Below are positions 12,432 through 24,152 of a stretch of 64,000 nt of DNA, piece after piece. The position numbers and the translations under genes were made by a program. The stretch covers positions 64,001 through 128,000 of the forward strand of contig CAWGVG010000014.1 of the NCBI GenBank assembly GCA_963825865.1, written 5' to 3'. The notes beneath the pieces are model-generated. The model saw nothing but the letters and a program-made list of their open reading frames with translations, did no database searches and had not been told where the DNA came from. This stretch comes from an uncultured Nitrososphaeraceae archaeon. GTDB lineage: Archaea; Thermoproteota; Nitrososphaeria; Nitrososphaerales; Nitrososphaeraceae. Positions within the stretch are counted from its first letter, which is position 1; each line of letters starts with the position of its first letter.

Positions 12432-13920
12432 TCATTGTCTAAACTTATTTAATTTCACACAAACTATATTCCATAGATTGAGTATGGGATTGGCAACACT
12501 GTAAGGCACAATTGCCAAAAAATCTTGTATATCAATTTTAGTTATGATGTGCAGCCTTAGCAATAGCAAATATGATATAGCAAGTGTAATGGAAATACCT
12601 ATCACATAATTTACTTGAAAATAACTTAAAAGAAATCCAAATCCTGTTGGTAAAGCTAGTATAAAAGCAATGTCCTTCCAAAATATCTGCATTTCAATTT
12701 TTTTGGCGATAACGATTGATACAACGAATCCAATGACGGATCCGAAAGTGTAGCTTATAGCTGCCTCCCACACTATTGTCATAAATTGGAATAAAGATAA
12801 GATAAAGTATAGCAGTAGGGATATTAGTTGCAACACCAATTGCCAAAACTTGCCGATAATTGCCATATGCATTCACTAATGTATTGATTCCTGTCATTAC
12901 TACAATCGGAAGCATTGATAACAATAGAATTTGTAGGGAAGAAGCACCTACAGCATAATCTTGACCAAACAACTGCATAATCTGCTTTGAATAAAAAATG
13001 ACTGAATAGGATAAAGGCAATGACATAATTAAACTCATTTTTGTCACTCGCCACGCAAATTTTTTTCGACCTTCCTGCATAGCGCTAAGTACAGGATATG
13101 CAATTGTAAACAAAACCGACATAAATGCCGCTATTGCAGTAAATAGAGAATATGCTATAAAATAAACCCCGGCTTGGCTTGCGCCAATAGATCCAAATAC
13201 TAATAATGGTCCTAGGTACAATGCCGCTGTATGAATTACATACGGAATCCAGCTTGCTCCACCTGAAACCAAGATATTTTTAAAAGACTCTCCAAAGCTT
13301 ACTTCTGCTTTATCATTAGGTAATGACTTGAAAATCATTACTATTGAGATGGTTAAGAGAATTGATGACAAAATTGGATAAAAAGTAAAACTAATAGCAA
13401 TACCTAACGCACCAACACCAATCAAAATTAGAATAACTCCTAGAACAATCTTAGCAATTGCAGAAAGGATCATTATTATAGGCAATGTCTTTGTCTTTAA
13501 AGACGCAATAACTATTGAGCGAAGCAGAGTTGTAATGGCAGTAGAACCTATCAGTGAAATGGTTACGATAATTAAACTAAAATCAATTCTAAAAGTATCA
13601 TGAATCCAATTATAAGTAATTAAAATTAGCGCACCGCATGCAACTATTCCAATAGCGGTAAGAAGTAAAGAAGTTTTTACATATACTTTAGCATCACTTA
13701 GTTTTCGTTCAGAAAAGCTCTTTCCTAGGAAACGTTGAACACCTATAGGGATACCAATATTTGCGACAGTTGCAAAAATAGCGCCAAGAGAAACGACCGT
13801 AGATGATACGCCAATTACCTGGGGTGTGGTAATTTTAGACATGATAAGCCAAAAAATATATCCAAAGAGCATCGTAGCAAATGTCTCAATATATATATAT
13901 ATAATACCCTTTCCGACTAC
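12432..13920 (-). CDS. Wzx-type oligosaccharide flippase; frameshift near 12765, start uncertain
   Basis: About 14 TM MOP-family pattern (GIPIGVQRFLG, AGVYFIAYSL, YPVLS, LFGQDY) across ORFs 12694..13872 and 12432..12872. Confidence 0.85.
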
Positions 13921-14922
13921 ATTTTTGCTTAATTTCTCTCACCATCTTTTTCTATTAACTATCCAAAAGGCATAGTTTTATATTGATTTCTATAGGACTA
14001 GGCTTTGGTTGAAAGTAATGCGACCTAACGGTAGCATACACTCAATGATATCTCAGACGGACCTGTTAGTATCCAAGTATTATTTACATCTTTTCCACGC
14101 ATACATTTTTTCAAATTGTTCTTATGCATGTGGTAATATAGTTAATAAATGACTCCTTTGAACTTTACATAATCAGATATCTTTTTAACCCTTTGGCGTT
14201 AGGTCATAAGGTTAACCTAACCAGCAGATCACATTGATATTTCTGAATTTGTGGACCCACTACATAATCTTATTCAGCGAATGTTTCGGCTACTGATAAT
14301 TGAGAGTGACGTTCTAACAATTGGCCTCTTACAACATTCTTTCTGGTATGTGAATAAGCTGGAAGTCTTTTTACATATACAACTCCTATTATTGCATATT
14401 CTTTTTTGGGAATAACATACTTTTATGTACTCTCTAAATAGATTTTTTTTGGACCTTTATGATATGCATCATGTTGCGCATGTACGTCAAATATTGATTT
14501 GCCATCTGTCATTTATTTCGATAAAGATTTGCAGAAAAGTAAGCAGAGCAAATACCACAGTATTCAGATCATTGCAGAATTATGTCTGTATAAATATAGT
14601 CACGAGCATTGTTGAATTTTTGCAGATAGTTAAAAATTGACTATATTCATTAGCCAGTAGCCTGGCATATGAATGTGTGTTTTATAGTTGAGACAAAAAG
14701 CATTATGATGCAACCCATCTATAATAATTGAGATACTCCAGTTAGCAAATCTGTTAGTTTGTGTTATTATTTAAAATAATTCAATTCCTCTACAGATACT
14801 TTAGATTTTGTTTATATAAATAGTTCTTTTTGTCTCGTAGAGGGTTAAAAGTAAAGGATAAATTAAAAGGTTAACTTTTGCTTTTCGTATTTTTATATAA
14901 TGTAATTGTATGACAGCTTAAT

Positions 14923-16185
14923 ATGGCAGATACTAAAGAAAAAGATAATATTTCAAGGGGAAAGTTTCTAAAGATGTTATGTGCTGGAGCCTTTATTTTG
15001 GCAACTGGAGGACTAGCCGGGCTCGGTCAGTCAATAAAAAACAAACGATCTATGGCTCAAGAACCTTCCGTTCAGGGATCTAGCCCCACTTCGATCCAAG
15101 TAAATATGCAAGTTGCCTGTAATTATATTATTTACTGGACTGGTTCTATAAATAATCCTACATATTGGGCCCAGAGAACTTCTGATGGCAAACAGCTACT
15201 AAATAACGGTTCACACTTGGCGGAAGTTGTAATCCAGGCTGGACTAGATCAATGGTTCCATGACGAGCCAAGGTCCAGGATAGGACCAGGGCACATCTAC
15301 ATAAAAAGTGGAGATTATAGATTATCTAAGACCTTTAAAGGATTTAACATCAAATCATTTACTAGGTTAACATTAGATCCGACAGCTGGACTTATTGTTC
15401 CTGATGGATATGATGGATATGTATTCAGATTACATAGTGATGACGAGTCAGGCAATATTACTGACTGCATAATAGACGGGGGATCCATTAGAGAAGGTAT
15501 ACCTCAAAGGCGTTGGACCGCAATACAGCTTCAGGGTTCTGCAAATGCACAGGATATTGGAGTCGTATCTAATAAAATTATGAATACAACTATATATGAT
15601 GCAGGAATTGGAATAAAACTCCTTGTGGATGGAACAAAAGGATTTGTTAACGGTAACTCATTTCAGTTCTTGAAGATGTATACAAATAATATATTCATTG
15701 ATTTTGGAATGGATCCACTTCTGGAGTCAAAATTTGTGCTAGGAAGCAAAGAATCTGGAATACATGGAAACTATTTCCAAAATTTGCAATGTCAGTGCGG
15801 TTACAATACAATACACGGAATAAAGGATATCAGACATGATGGCAATACTTTCATCGATGTCAAGGTCTGGGATATACAAAGTGGAGCTATATCATCTAAT
15901 ACCCACGAGCATGCAACAGGTACCATAATAATAGGAGGTGTGATGACGAATCAACTTTTCACAGATCAAGGGAAATATACAAAGATATTTGATGAATGGC
16001 AAGGATTCAAACTTGGGGTTGACAGTCTTGATATTCCATCAGCAGCAATACAAATAGGAACATTCGGATCACAGAAGCTTGGATTTTTTGGAGCAAGTCC
16101 TGTAGGAAAACAACCATTTGATGCCAAGCTATCTAAATTGGAGAACATCTACAATGCGCTAAAGGCATACGGATTATTGAGCTAA
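14923..16185 (+). CDS. Exported right-handed beta-helix (pectin-lyase-like) protein with tail-fibre-like C-terminus
   Basis: Tat-like SRGKFLK plus hydrophobic stretch; IQAGLD..GHIYIKSGDY lead-in; Asn/Gly/Ile rungs; C-terminal QKLGFFGASPVGKQP..LKAYGLL. Confidence 0.6.
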   Translation: MADTKEKDNISRGKFLKMLCAGAFILATGGLAGLGQSIKNKRSMAQEPSVQGSSPTSIQVNMQVACNYIIYWTGSINNPTYWAQRTSDGKQLLNNGSHLAEVVIQAGLDQWFHDEPRSRIGPGHIYIKSGDYRLSKTFKGFNIKSFTRLTLDPTAGLIVPDGYDGYVFRLHSDDESGNITDCIIDGGSIREGIPQRRWTAIQLQGSANAQDIGVVSNKIMNTTIYDAGIGIKLLVDGTKGFVNGNSFQFLKMYTNNIFIDFGMDPLLESKFVLGSKESGIHGNYFQNLQCQCGYNTIHGIKDIRHDGNTFIDVKVWDIQSGAISSNTHEHATGTIIIGGVMTNQLFTDQGKYTKIFDEWQGFKLGVDSLDIPSAAIQIGTFGSQKLGFFGASPVGKQPFDAKLSKLENIYNALKAYGLLS

Positions 16186-16303
16186 TAATTTATATGCAAT
16201 GCTCTTAGTGAAGCGCCATTTGCTACCAGAGCTGACTTTAAATGCAGGTTATATTCTCATGAAAGACTTTCATTAGCTATCTAAATCTAGGCTATAGCGT
16301 ATA

Positions 16304-16578
16304 GGCTCTGTTCATTTAGCAGTTTTCATTTTTTCGATAACTTCTTTATTGTAAATATATGTACGAATAGAAGCAACCACTTCATTACATGTTCTAGTTT
16401 GCATCTCTCTTCTTTTCTACAAGGAAAACAGTCATCAATAAAACATTCAGTTCTATCTTTAACGTACTGGATTGTACGGTCAATAATGCTTTTCCCATAA
16501 GATGAATATGTAAATGATATATGTTCTATCTTCAAGAATTTACATGCTTGAGGATACCAAGTACCACTATCTGTAGAC
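16304..16578 (-). mobile_element. IS6-family 3' remnant
   Basis: TIR GGCTCTGTTCATTTA at 16304; decayed copy of the transposase C-terminus at 21780..22030. Confidence 0.85.
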
Positions 16579-17314
16579 GACCTGTAGTCAGATTTCTGTC
16601 AGAAATGGTTATTATTTGTGGTGATGATCATGATGATTGTGTGGAACTACAGTGCTGATGCTAAATGATGCATCTTGGTATCCTTTTGCTTATACTGTAA
16701 AGCTGGCGCTGGCAACTCCAATTGGAGGGTTACTTCCTATTGTCCAGCATGCAGATGAATGGCCTGGATCGGGAAGATTAATTAGAGGAAATGAAGGATC
16801 ACAGGAAGAGAGAGATAGCTACTTGAGGGAACTGGTTATACATGTGACACTTTGCAATTTATCAACTGATTTTACACATGGCCTGTAAGAGCAATACAAA
16901 GAAATTTTGTGTTTATAAGTAAAGGATTGAGTAAGATCCGATTAAAGCAAAGATTGGAGGCCTTTGAATACGTACAGATTTGCAAACTATACTCCCCCCT
17001 ACAGGTAGAGAACAGGTACGCAGGAATTAAAAAATGAAAGGATCAAAAGCGGCTGTAACAATTTCCGCTCTTCTTAGGCTATTTTATTTAATAAGATATA
17101 ATCATATTATCAATAGAAGCCAACAAGCAATGGCATGTTTTTGCTGTTTAGGTATCTGCTTTTTACATAATTCCTTATATTTGTAGAATGTTATTCTTAT
17201 TCATTATTTCGGCCAATTATATTTAGATTTACTTTATGTGCTAGTGTAACTAGGAAATACGCCTATCCAGGAAAAAAGTATTTTAAATCACCACGTAAAT
17301 TTTAATAGTTTTTT

Positions 17315-17641
17315 TTGTCTTCGTTATCTATGTATGTACAGCATAATGAGCAGAATAACACTGCTGATTTATACATGACATCAAAAATTAATATTCCCGA
17401 GTATGATAAAGAATCTGCTATACATCAAACCTTATATATTTTAAAACAACAGAGCGAACTTGTTAAAGTCACAATAGTTAATGATTTTTTAAAAAGAAGG
17501 CCAAAAAAGCATTATGAACAATTTATTTTGTCTGCAGTACTTTTTACAGCTTTTGCAATCATCATACTCACAGAACTCTCAGGCATGTTACAAATAATTC
17601 ATCTAGAAAAATCCATCACGCCTATTGGGGGAAGAACTTGA
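17315..17641 (+). CDS. Hypothetical protein with a C-terminal TM segment
   Basis: ORF abuts the epimerase start codon. Confidence 0.4.
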   Translation: MSSLSMYVQHNEQNNTADLYMTSKINIPEYDKESAIHQTLYILKQQSELVKVTIVNDFLKRRPKKHYEQFILSAVLFTAFAIIILTELSGMLQIIHLEKSITPIGGRT

Positions 17642-18631
17642 ATGAGAAAAGTTTCAAAGGCATTAGTTACTGGAGGCGCAGGTTTCATTGGAAGCCATAT
17701 AGTCGATGAATTACTCAAAAGAGGGATTGAAACTTACCTCATCGATGATTCAAGTACAGGTTCAATGAGGAACGTTGTTCAGCATGAAAATAACAAATTA
17801 TTGCACATCTGTATTGGAAATATAAAACAAGTGGATGAAATATTACATGGGATTGATATAGATATTGTTTTTCATGAAGCAGCTATTGTGAGTGTATCAC
17901 AATCGGTAAGTCATCCATTGTTAGTGCATGATACTAATGTAAAGGCAACTCTTGAGTTAATGAATTTTTGCATAAAGAACAATGTAAGGAGATTCGTTTT
18001 TGCTTCCTCTGCTGCAGTATATGGTTCGGTGCCGTACAAATATCTATCCGAAAGTCATTTATGTATGCCATCATCCCCTTACGGAGCATCAAAACTCTCG
18101 ATTGAAAACTATTTACGTGCTTATAGTGTAACATATGGTTTAGAAACAGTCGTACTAAGATACTTCAATGTTTTTGGTCCCAGACAAAAATATGACAGCA
18201 GCTATAGCGGAGTAATTACGGTATTTATAAACAATTTGCTAAATAGAGAAACTCCGATAATCTTTGGAGATGGGAATCAAGTACGCGATTTCGTCCATGT
18301 CAAAGATGTTGTACAAGCCAACATTCTAGCAATGGACTCTGAGCATGTTGCTGGAGAAATATTCAACATATCATCAGGATATGCTACTAGCATTCTTGAG
18401 TTACTTCAAATGCTGAAGGTATTGACAGGAGCGCAGAACGTTCAGCATCAGTTCACATCACAAAGGCCAGGCGACATTATGTCCAGTCTTGGTCTTAATG
18501 ACAAAGCTCGGGCTGACCTAAAATATAATCCTAGAATTTCTATCATGGAAGGATTAGCAGAAACTATAGAGTATGTTGGTAGGGAAAAGCAAAATATTGT
18601 TACTATAAATGATTTAAAAGTGAGAGTATAA
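17642..18631 (+). CDS. NAD-dependent nucleotide-sugar epimerase/dehydratase (GalE-like)
   Basis: LVTGGAGFIGSH, ASSAAVYG, PYGASK, LRYFNVFGPRQ and GDGNQVRDFVHV. Confidence 0.95.
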   Translation: MRKVSKALVTGGAGFIGSHIVDELLKRGIETYLIDDSSTGSMRNVVQHENNKLLHICIGNIKQVDEILHGIDIDIVFHEAAIVSVSQSVSHPLLVHDTNVKATLELMNFCIKNNVRRFVFASSAAVYGSVPYKYLSESHLCMPSSPYGASKLSIENYLRAYSVTYGLETVVLRYFNVFGPRQKYDSSYSGVITVFINNLLNRETPIIFGDGNQVRDFVHVKDVVQANILAMDSEHVAGEIFNISSGYATSILELLQMLKVLTGAQNVQHQFTSQRPGDIMSSLGLNDKARADLKYNPRISIMEGLAETIEYVGREKQNIVTINDLKVRV

Positions 18632-18809
18632 CAGCAACCGCAGTAGCAGTTCTAATGAATGGAGGATTTCAATAATATCTAAAATATAGATTTTAAAGAC
18701 CCATATACATTCTAACTGAACTAACTGAATTGAGTGAACATTAATCAAACCAGCGTGGCAATAAAGAATCCTGACTATTCATTATCTCCACCCCATTCCT
18801 AAACTGATT

Positions 18810-19146
18810 GTAGGACATTAATAGAAAAAGAAGGTCTATTTCTTCTAGACGATATCATGGCATTATATAGGGCTGACAAATTAGGAGTTGTAGACCTTTT
18901 AATCAAAGCATGATAAAGCAATCGTGCTGCAATAAGACTTATTTGTCCATTAGCTGCAGAAAATTCAGAAATTGTCAAAGAATATCCGAAAGCGCACCAA
19001 ATATACGAATTCTCGATGGTGGATGTTCTCACTCTGTATTATTGATAGTTGACAATAAAAAGTTTCTGAGATTTGAGCTCCAACATCCGAAGGCTGAAAA
19101 TTTTTCACAGGCAATTGGCTTTGTAGTATATTCGAATAATAACTAA
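18810..19146 (+). pseudogene. Decayed N-terminal sensory part of a Nitrososphaera-type histidine kinase
   Basis: RADKLGVVDLLIKA*...ICPLAAENSEIVKRISE...FSQAIGFVVYSN aligns by eye with the kinase at 61801..63528. Confidence 0.75.
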
Positions 19147-19228
19147 ACTTTGGCAAATTTAATTTTACCATTTTGTCGATGAGATGTTATTGTAACTGAT
19201 TTAGCTTTTGATCATATCTCGATAGCTC

Positions 19229-19710
19229 ATGATACCGATAGTCGAGTATCCTTCAGTGGTAGGTTCTTCCCTACCAATATTTAGAACTGTTTTCAGCAAT
19301 CCGCGAATGAAGAACTTCCACATACATAACAGGACTCATGGTGTCGACAAACCACACCATATCATTTATGAATAATCTTTTCTATGCACATAATGATCAG
19401 AGTGCATTGAACCATTTCATCACAGACTCTAGATGGAGTGATGATGAACTGGACAAGAAAAGATACGAGCTCATAATAGATGGACTCAAAGATGCTGATG
19501 AAGGTGATGGTATTCTGGAGTTTGACGATACGTTAGCTCACAAGAGTGGAAAACACATGGAGTTTGTAGGCAAGTTCTTTGACCACACGGATGGTACATA
19601 CACGCTGGCTCATAACATAGTTTCAACACATATTGTAAAATGAAGACTTTCAATTCCATTAGATTTTGAAATATATCTGAAGGAAGGATACATACCAAAA
19701 GAGAAGTTCA
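19229..19710 (+). mobile_element. IS701/IS4-type transposase remnant
   Basis: DQSALNHFITDSRW...GILEFDDTLAHKSGKHMEFVGKFFDH; frameshifted and truncated. Confidence 0.75.
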
Positions 19711-19804
19711 GAGGGTTAATTCCTCTTGGAGATTCAGGTCTTCGCTTCAGTGATTTTGACATATTCGTACTAGAAGAAAGAAGATGGGAAAGAAAAAAGA
19801 GTTA

Positions 19805-20494
19805 TTATTTGATATTCTTTCCAAGTTCGCTTATGCTGGTATCATCCTTGAAACTGCCAGATCCAAGAGATTGGTCATTTGATCTATCTATTCCATGTTG
19901 GACCATAAAGTCAATATCGTGGCTATTGTGAGTAAGTATGACTTCACAATTATCTGCATGAGTATCTCCTTGTGTGGGGTTAAAGTCTATTACTGTATCT
20001 TGTCCATCTCCGCAATCAAAGAAATCAGCTCCTGGTCCTCCGATTAATACATCATCGCCTGCCCCCCCATACAATTCATCATTACCTGTTCCTCCTACCA
20101 AAAGATCGCCATCTTCTCCTCCTTGAAGTACATCATCTCCCGGTCCTCCATATAATGTATCGTCACCAGCCCCACCTGTAATAGCATCGGCTCCTTCATC
20201 ACCATAAAGATGATCCGGTGCATTTGAGCCTTGAAGTACATCATTTCCTTCTAGACCGCGTAAGGTATCGCCAAAACCGCAAACAGTGCCAGTAGTCCCT
20301 GGGGTTATGCTAGGACATGCTATAATAGTGTCGTCGTGGGAAGTACCTTTAGTATAGCTGCGAGTGCCAAAAATTACATTCATTCCATCTGCTTTTACAG
20401 TCTGATGTAATGGAACAGTAGCCATTACTAAAAGAACGAGAACTGCTATAGTTAACTTCGTAAATAAGCTATTGCTCCAGCCCGTATTCTGCAT
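19805..20494 (-). CDS. Secreted RTX/hemolysin-type calcium-binding protein
   Basis: Signal peptide, GGxGxDxLx nonapeptide repeats and a C-terminal DFFDCGDGQD...DNCE. Confidence 0.9.
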   Translation of the reverse strand: MQNTGWSNSLFTKLTIAVLVLLVMATVPLHQTVKADGMNVIFGTRSYTKGTSHDDTIIACPSITPGTTGTVCGFGDTLRGLEGNDVLQGSNAPDHLYGDEGADAITGGAGDDTLYGGPGDDVLQGGEDGDLLVGGTGNDELYGGAGDDVLIGGPGADFFDCGDGQDTVIDFNPTQGDTHADNCEVILTHNSHDIDFMVQHGIDRSNDQSLGSGSFKDDTSISELGKNIK

Positions 20495-20670
20495 ATATAT
20501 TGTTCCTTATAGATACTAAAAAAGCTTTAATTATGCACTTAAGATAAAAACATCTAGATTAGTATTATATATTAAATTTATGTTTTCTCTTATTTTTGAT
20601 ATTACTCGAACATTATCTAAGGAATGTTATCTGCAAACTGCTTATATTTAATACTTCTCTTATATCATAC

Positions 20671-22040
20671 GGCTCTGTTCACTTAACGATAAATGTATAG
20701 CTAAAGAAGTCGCTACTTCCTTTAATGGTTAGATTCAAAAGAAGCAGAACGGCTCTGTAAAGTTAAGGAAAAAGCTATAGGTTTCTTTCTCGTTTTTTAT
20801 ATATGATATACCAAGTAAGAAAAAGAACCGAACCTGAAGACATAGTATATGCTTTGCATCTTTATTTTAATGGTCTTTCGTTAAGAAATACTTCTAAGGC
20901 CATATCCAAATTTGTTACAAGAAGCCATACTGCTATAAGAGATTGGATTCAAAAGTATAATCCTAAAAGATTGTTCTATAGGAAGACCAAGATATTCGAA
21001 TTCATACTCGACGAAACCCAAATCAAAGTTGGTTCTGAGTTAATTTGGCTTTGGGTTGCCATAGAGCCTGAAAGTAAAGAGGTTCTAAGATTGAATATAT
21101 CAAAAGAGAGAAATATGTTTGTGGCAGAGCGATTTCTATCGAGCGTTATAAAAGAATATATGGAGAACATCCGGTTTCTACCGATGGCGGTACCTGGTAT
21201 CCACAAGCCTGTCAATTCTTGAAACTAAATCATCACATCCATTCTTCATATGAGAAAAGTATCATAGAAAGGACGATACAGTACATAAAGGATAGAACTG
21301 AATGTTTTGACGATTATTTTCCATGTAGAAAGAAAAATTGCAAGGTGAAGCACGTACAAAAATGGTTAAATCTATTTGCATATTATTATAACAAGGAGAA
21401 AATATCTTAACTTTACAGAGCTAGCAGAACGTCTTCAAAGTATATTTACTATGCATTACAATTATACTTTTCAGGCTTATCACTTAGAAAAACATCAGAA
21501 AGACTGTACTACGTTCATCAGAAGAAACCATGTTTCTATTTGGAACTGGATTCAACGATATAAACCAAAGAGGATATTTCAAAAGAAATCCAAAGTATCC
21601 GAATTCATCATTGATGAAACACTGATTAAAGCTGGTAATGAATACGTATGGTTATGGATTGCTGTTGAGCCAACAGATAAGATAATTCTTGGTATTCGTA
21701 TTTCTATAGAAAGAACCATACTAGTAGCAGAACAATTTATACAATCATTGGTTAGAAGATATGGCAAACAGAAGATATCTACAGATGGTGGTGGTACTTG
21801 GTATCCTCAAGCATGTAAATTCTTGAAGATAGAACATCATTTACATTCGTCTTATGGGAAAAGCATCATTGAGCGCACAATCCAGTACGTTAAAGATAGA
21901 ACTGAATGTTTTGATGACTATTTTCCTTGCAGAAAAGAGAGATGCAAACTAAAACATGTAATGAAGTGGTTGCTTCTATTCGTACATATGTACAATAAAG
22001 AAGTTATCGAAAAAGTGAAGACTGGTAAATGAACAGAGCC
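20671..22040 (+). mobile_element. IS6-family element (outer), interrupted by a second IS6
   Basis: TIRs GGCTCTGTTCAC / TGAACAGAGCC; 8-bp TSD TATCATAC at 20663 and 22041; transposase starts at 20725 and resumes after 21430. Confidence 0.93.
20751..21422 (+). mobile_element. IS6-family element (inner; transposase 20803..21410, one frameshift)
   Basis: TIRs GGCTCTGTAAAGTTAAG / CTTAACTTTACAGAGCT; 8-bp TSD AGCAGAAC at 20743 and 21423; LDETQIK and IIERTIQYIKDRTECFDD. Confidence 0.93.
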
Positions 22041-22125
22041 TATCATACATAAAAAGATTATAGTGCAGTAAGGATAGAATAACATATTAATTAGTATTTG
22101 CTGATTCTGAGTATATAGATAGATA

Positions 22126-22701
22126 ATGTTGAGCCAAAAAGTGAGATTGTATTACATGTTTTTTGTTCTTGCTATAATGTTGTTGTCTATAGTCGTATAC
22201 TCAAATTGTTTTCTAGGAAGGGAAGCATTGGCACAAGCTGACGATTTTTTAACATATGAAAATCCAGCTTTTGGAATAAAAATGCTATATCCTCATGACT
22301 GGCACAGAGCTGACTTTGCAACCACGCCCGGTGGCAATGGCACAATAGCTGAATTTCTTGGACTGGAGCCCCCCGCGCCTTATGTAAACATATTTGTTTA
22401 TCATTCTTCAGGTAGCTTCCCGTTGTCAGCTTTAATTAATGACACATTAAGCCAATTAGAAGCTGTTCATAGGGATCCGACAACTACCCTGAAGTTACAG
22501 AATGGCACTACAGCATACCAAACCGGTTATCAGATCTCAACAATACATAATACATTTGAAAAGATGCAGACTTTTATAATGAAAAATGGGCTGATTTATG
22601 TAATCACATTTACTGCTACACCAGATAAATATTCGTTGAATTTACCTACTGTAAAGCGCATGATTGATTCAATAACAATATCTAATCCAATAAGCAGATA
22701 G
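22126..22701 (+). CDS. Secreted PsbP-like domain protein
   Basis: Signal peptide, FLTYENPAFGIKMLYPHDW and YVITFTA...KRMIDS. Confidence 0.8.
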   Translation: MLSQKVRLYYMFFVLAIMLLSIVVYSNCFLGREALAQADDFLTYENPAFGIKMLYPHDWHRADFATTPGGNGTIAEFLGLEPPAPYVNIFVYHSSGSFPLSALINDTLSQLEAVHRDPTTTLKLQNGTTAYQTGYQISTIHNTFEKMQTFIMKNGLIYVITFTATPDKYSLNLPTVKRMIDSITISNPISR

Positions 22702-22824
22702 CATTTTAGCAGTCGATATTTAATTTGTTGCGAAGATTGGAATAAAGTGATTACGGTCAAAAAATTTGCATTCCTGACGTATTGTTTTCCTCCTGACAGC
22801 GTAAGAACTCAGAGCAAAACTATA

Positions 22825-23079
22825 TAGATCTATTATAGTGGCTTCACTCGGCTAGCATAGTTGTATTAGGATATATACACTGATACCAAGGTATTTTAAT
22901 TTAATTTCGAAATAGAGCAGTAAGATGGGCTTGGAAGATATGATCATGCTTCTGACATTGTTTCAGGACTGGTAAATTTCAGAATAATGATGCGAACTAA
23001 TGGTGTTATGTTACTCTAAAAAAAGAGCAAGACTAACCATCGTAAAGAGATTTTCTTTCGTAATTACGCAATAGATCTA
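22825..23079 (+). mobile_element. Internally deleted (MITE-like) relative of the type B IS5 element
   Basis: Ends TAGATCTATT / TAATTACGCAATAGATCTA resemble the TIR at 32198 and 59486; retains the transposase tail LGRYDHASDIVSGLVNFRI. Confidence 0.6.
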
Positions 23080-23139
23080 CTGACCAAGGCCGATTGGAAT
23101 CTGAAGCATCTGGTTGTTACCGGACGAGGCAGTTTAAGC

Positions 23140-23490
23140 ACCAATTCTACTTCAAATAATCCAATGGGTTTCAATTCCGTAATGGTTTTCATCTCTTGAC
23201 ATTTCAAACGAGTCAATCGCCTTGAGTTTCCAGTAGTTGTTAACCGCATGTTGAAGCGATATAGAAAAATTATAGGTGACTTTTCCAAGACAATATTAGA
23301 TAATATTTACCACTTTGGCTTTTTATCAAACCAGCCTTCATTAATACAGATATCCGTGAATAGTATTGTTTGGGGCTCAGTTTTAGTTTTGATATTAGCT
23401 CTTCACTACCATTTTTTTGCATAGCAATACTATTAAAAAGTTCTAACGATTTATCTTCAGAAATTGAATTTAACTGACTGTTTGCGTTTT
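23140..23490 (-). pseudogene. Decayed wHTH regulator, paralogue of 27309..27707
   Basis: Clear nucleotide similarity (e.g. AATAGTATTGTTTGGGGCTCAGTT at 23360 and 27566) with indels. Confidence 0.8.
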
Positions 23491-23579
23491 TCCGAATAAA
23501 CCGTGTCTATCTCTTTTTACATACTGGTTCAATTCTTATGATAATATCAACTGTAAGAAAGTGATGTTTTTTACTACGT

Positions 23580-23807
23580 ATGGCTCTGGTCGTACCCCTT
23601 CCTGAACGTTTTGGTCATATTCTGGGTAAGTTCAAAGATGTTTTATCAAAGTCTCAATTTAAGAATTTTCAGAGCGTGATGTTTGGGTTGATTGTATCCC
23701 ATTGTAAAGAACACGATGTGAAGAGTATAAGGGATGCTATATCTGAGACGAAGTGTCAGAGCAGCATTAATAGATTTTTTACTTCTCCATCTTGGAGCCA
23801 AGCCTAG
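23580..23807 (+). mobile_element. IS701-type transposase N-terminal fragment
   Basis: FKDVLSKSQFKNFQSVMFGLI...KCQSSINRFFTSPSW. Confidence 0.65.
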
Positions 23808-24152
23808 AACACGAGGATTTTACCTTCAGCACCCCATCCACGTTTACTATTATTAGTAAATATACTAGATAATCATATCGTGCCTGGTAGCATTCAACTT
23901 TCCATATAATTTCTATTGCACGATTTATACCTCACATTAATAGAAAGACAGTTCTTTTACTGTCGTCTGAACGTGTTAATCAGACTCTTTAATAAAAATA
24001 ATCGGATCATTTTTCTGGGATGAGTTTAAGAGCAATACTACTGTTAACAATATTTTACATAATTACAATAATAAGTTATATCATTATTTTAGATAGCCGT
24101 CGGTGCTCCTACCGCAGCTGCAGCAAAGTCTGTATCATCAAAAAATTTAGAC

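Noticed and set aside
13950-14900. Long ORF-poor stretch as a hidden RNA gene or array
   Set aside because: No repeats, stems or recognisable motifs seen; most likely eroded coding or promoter sequence
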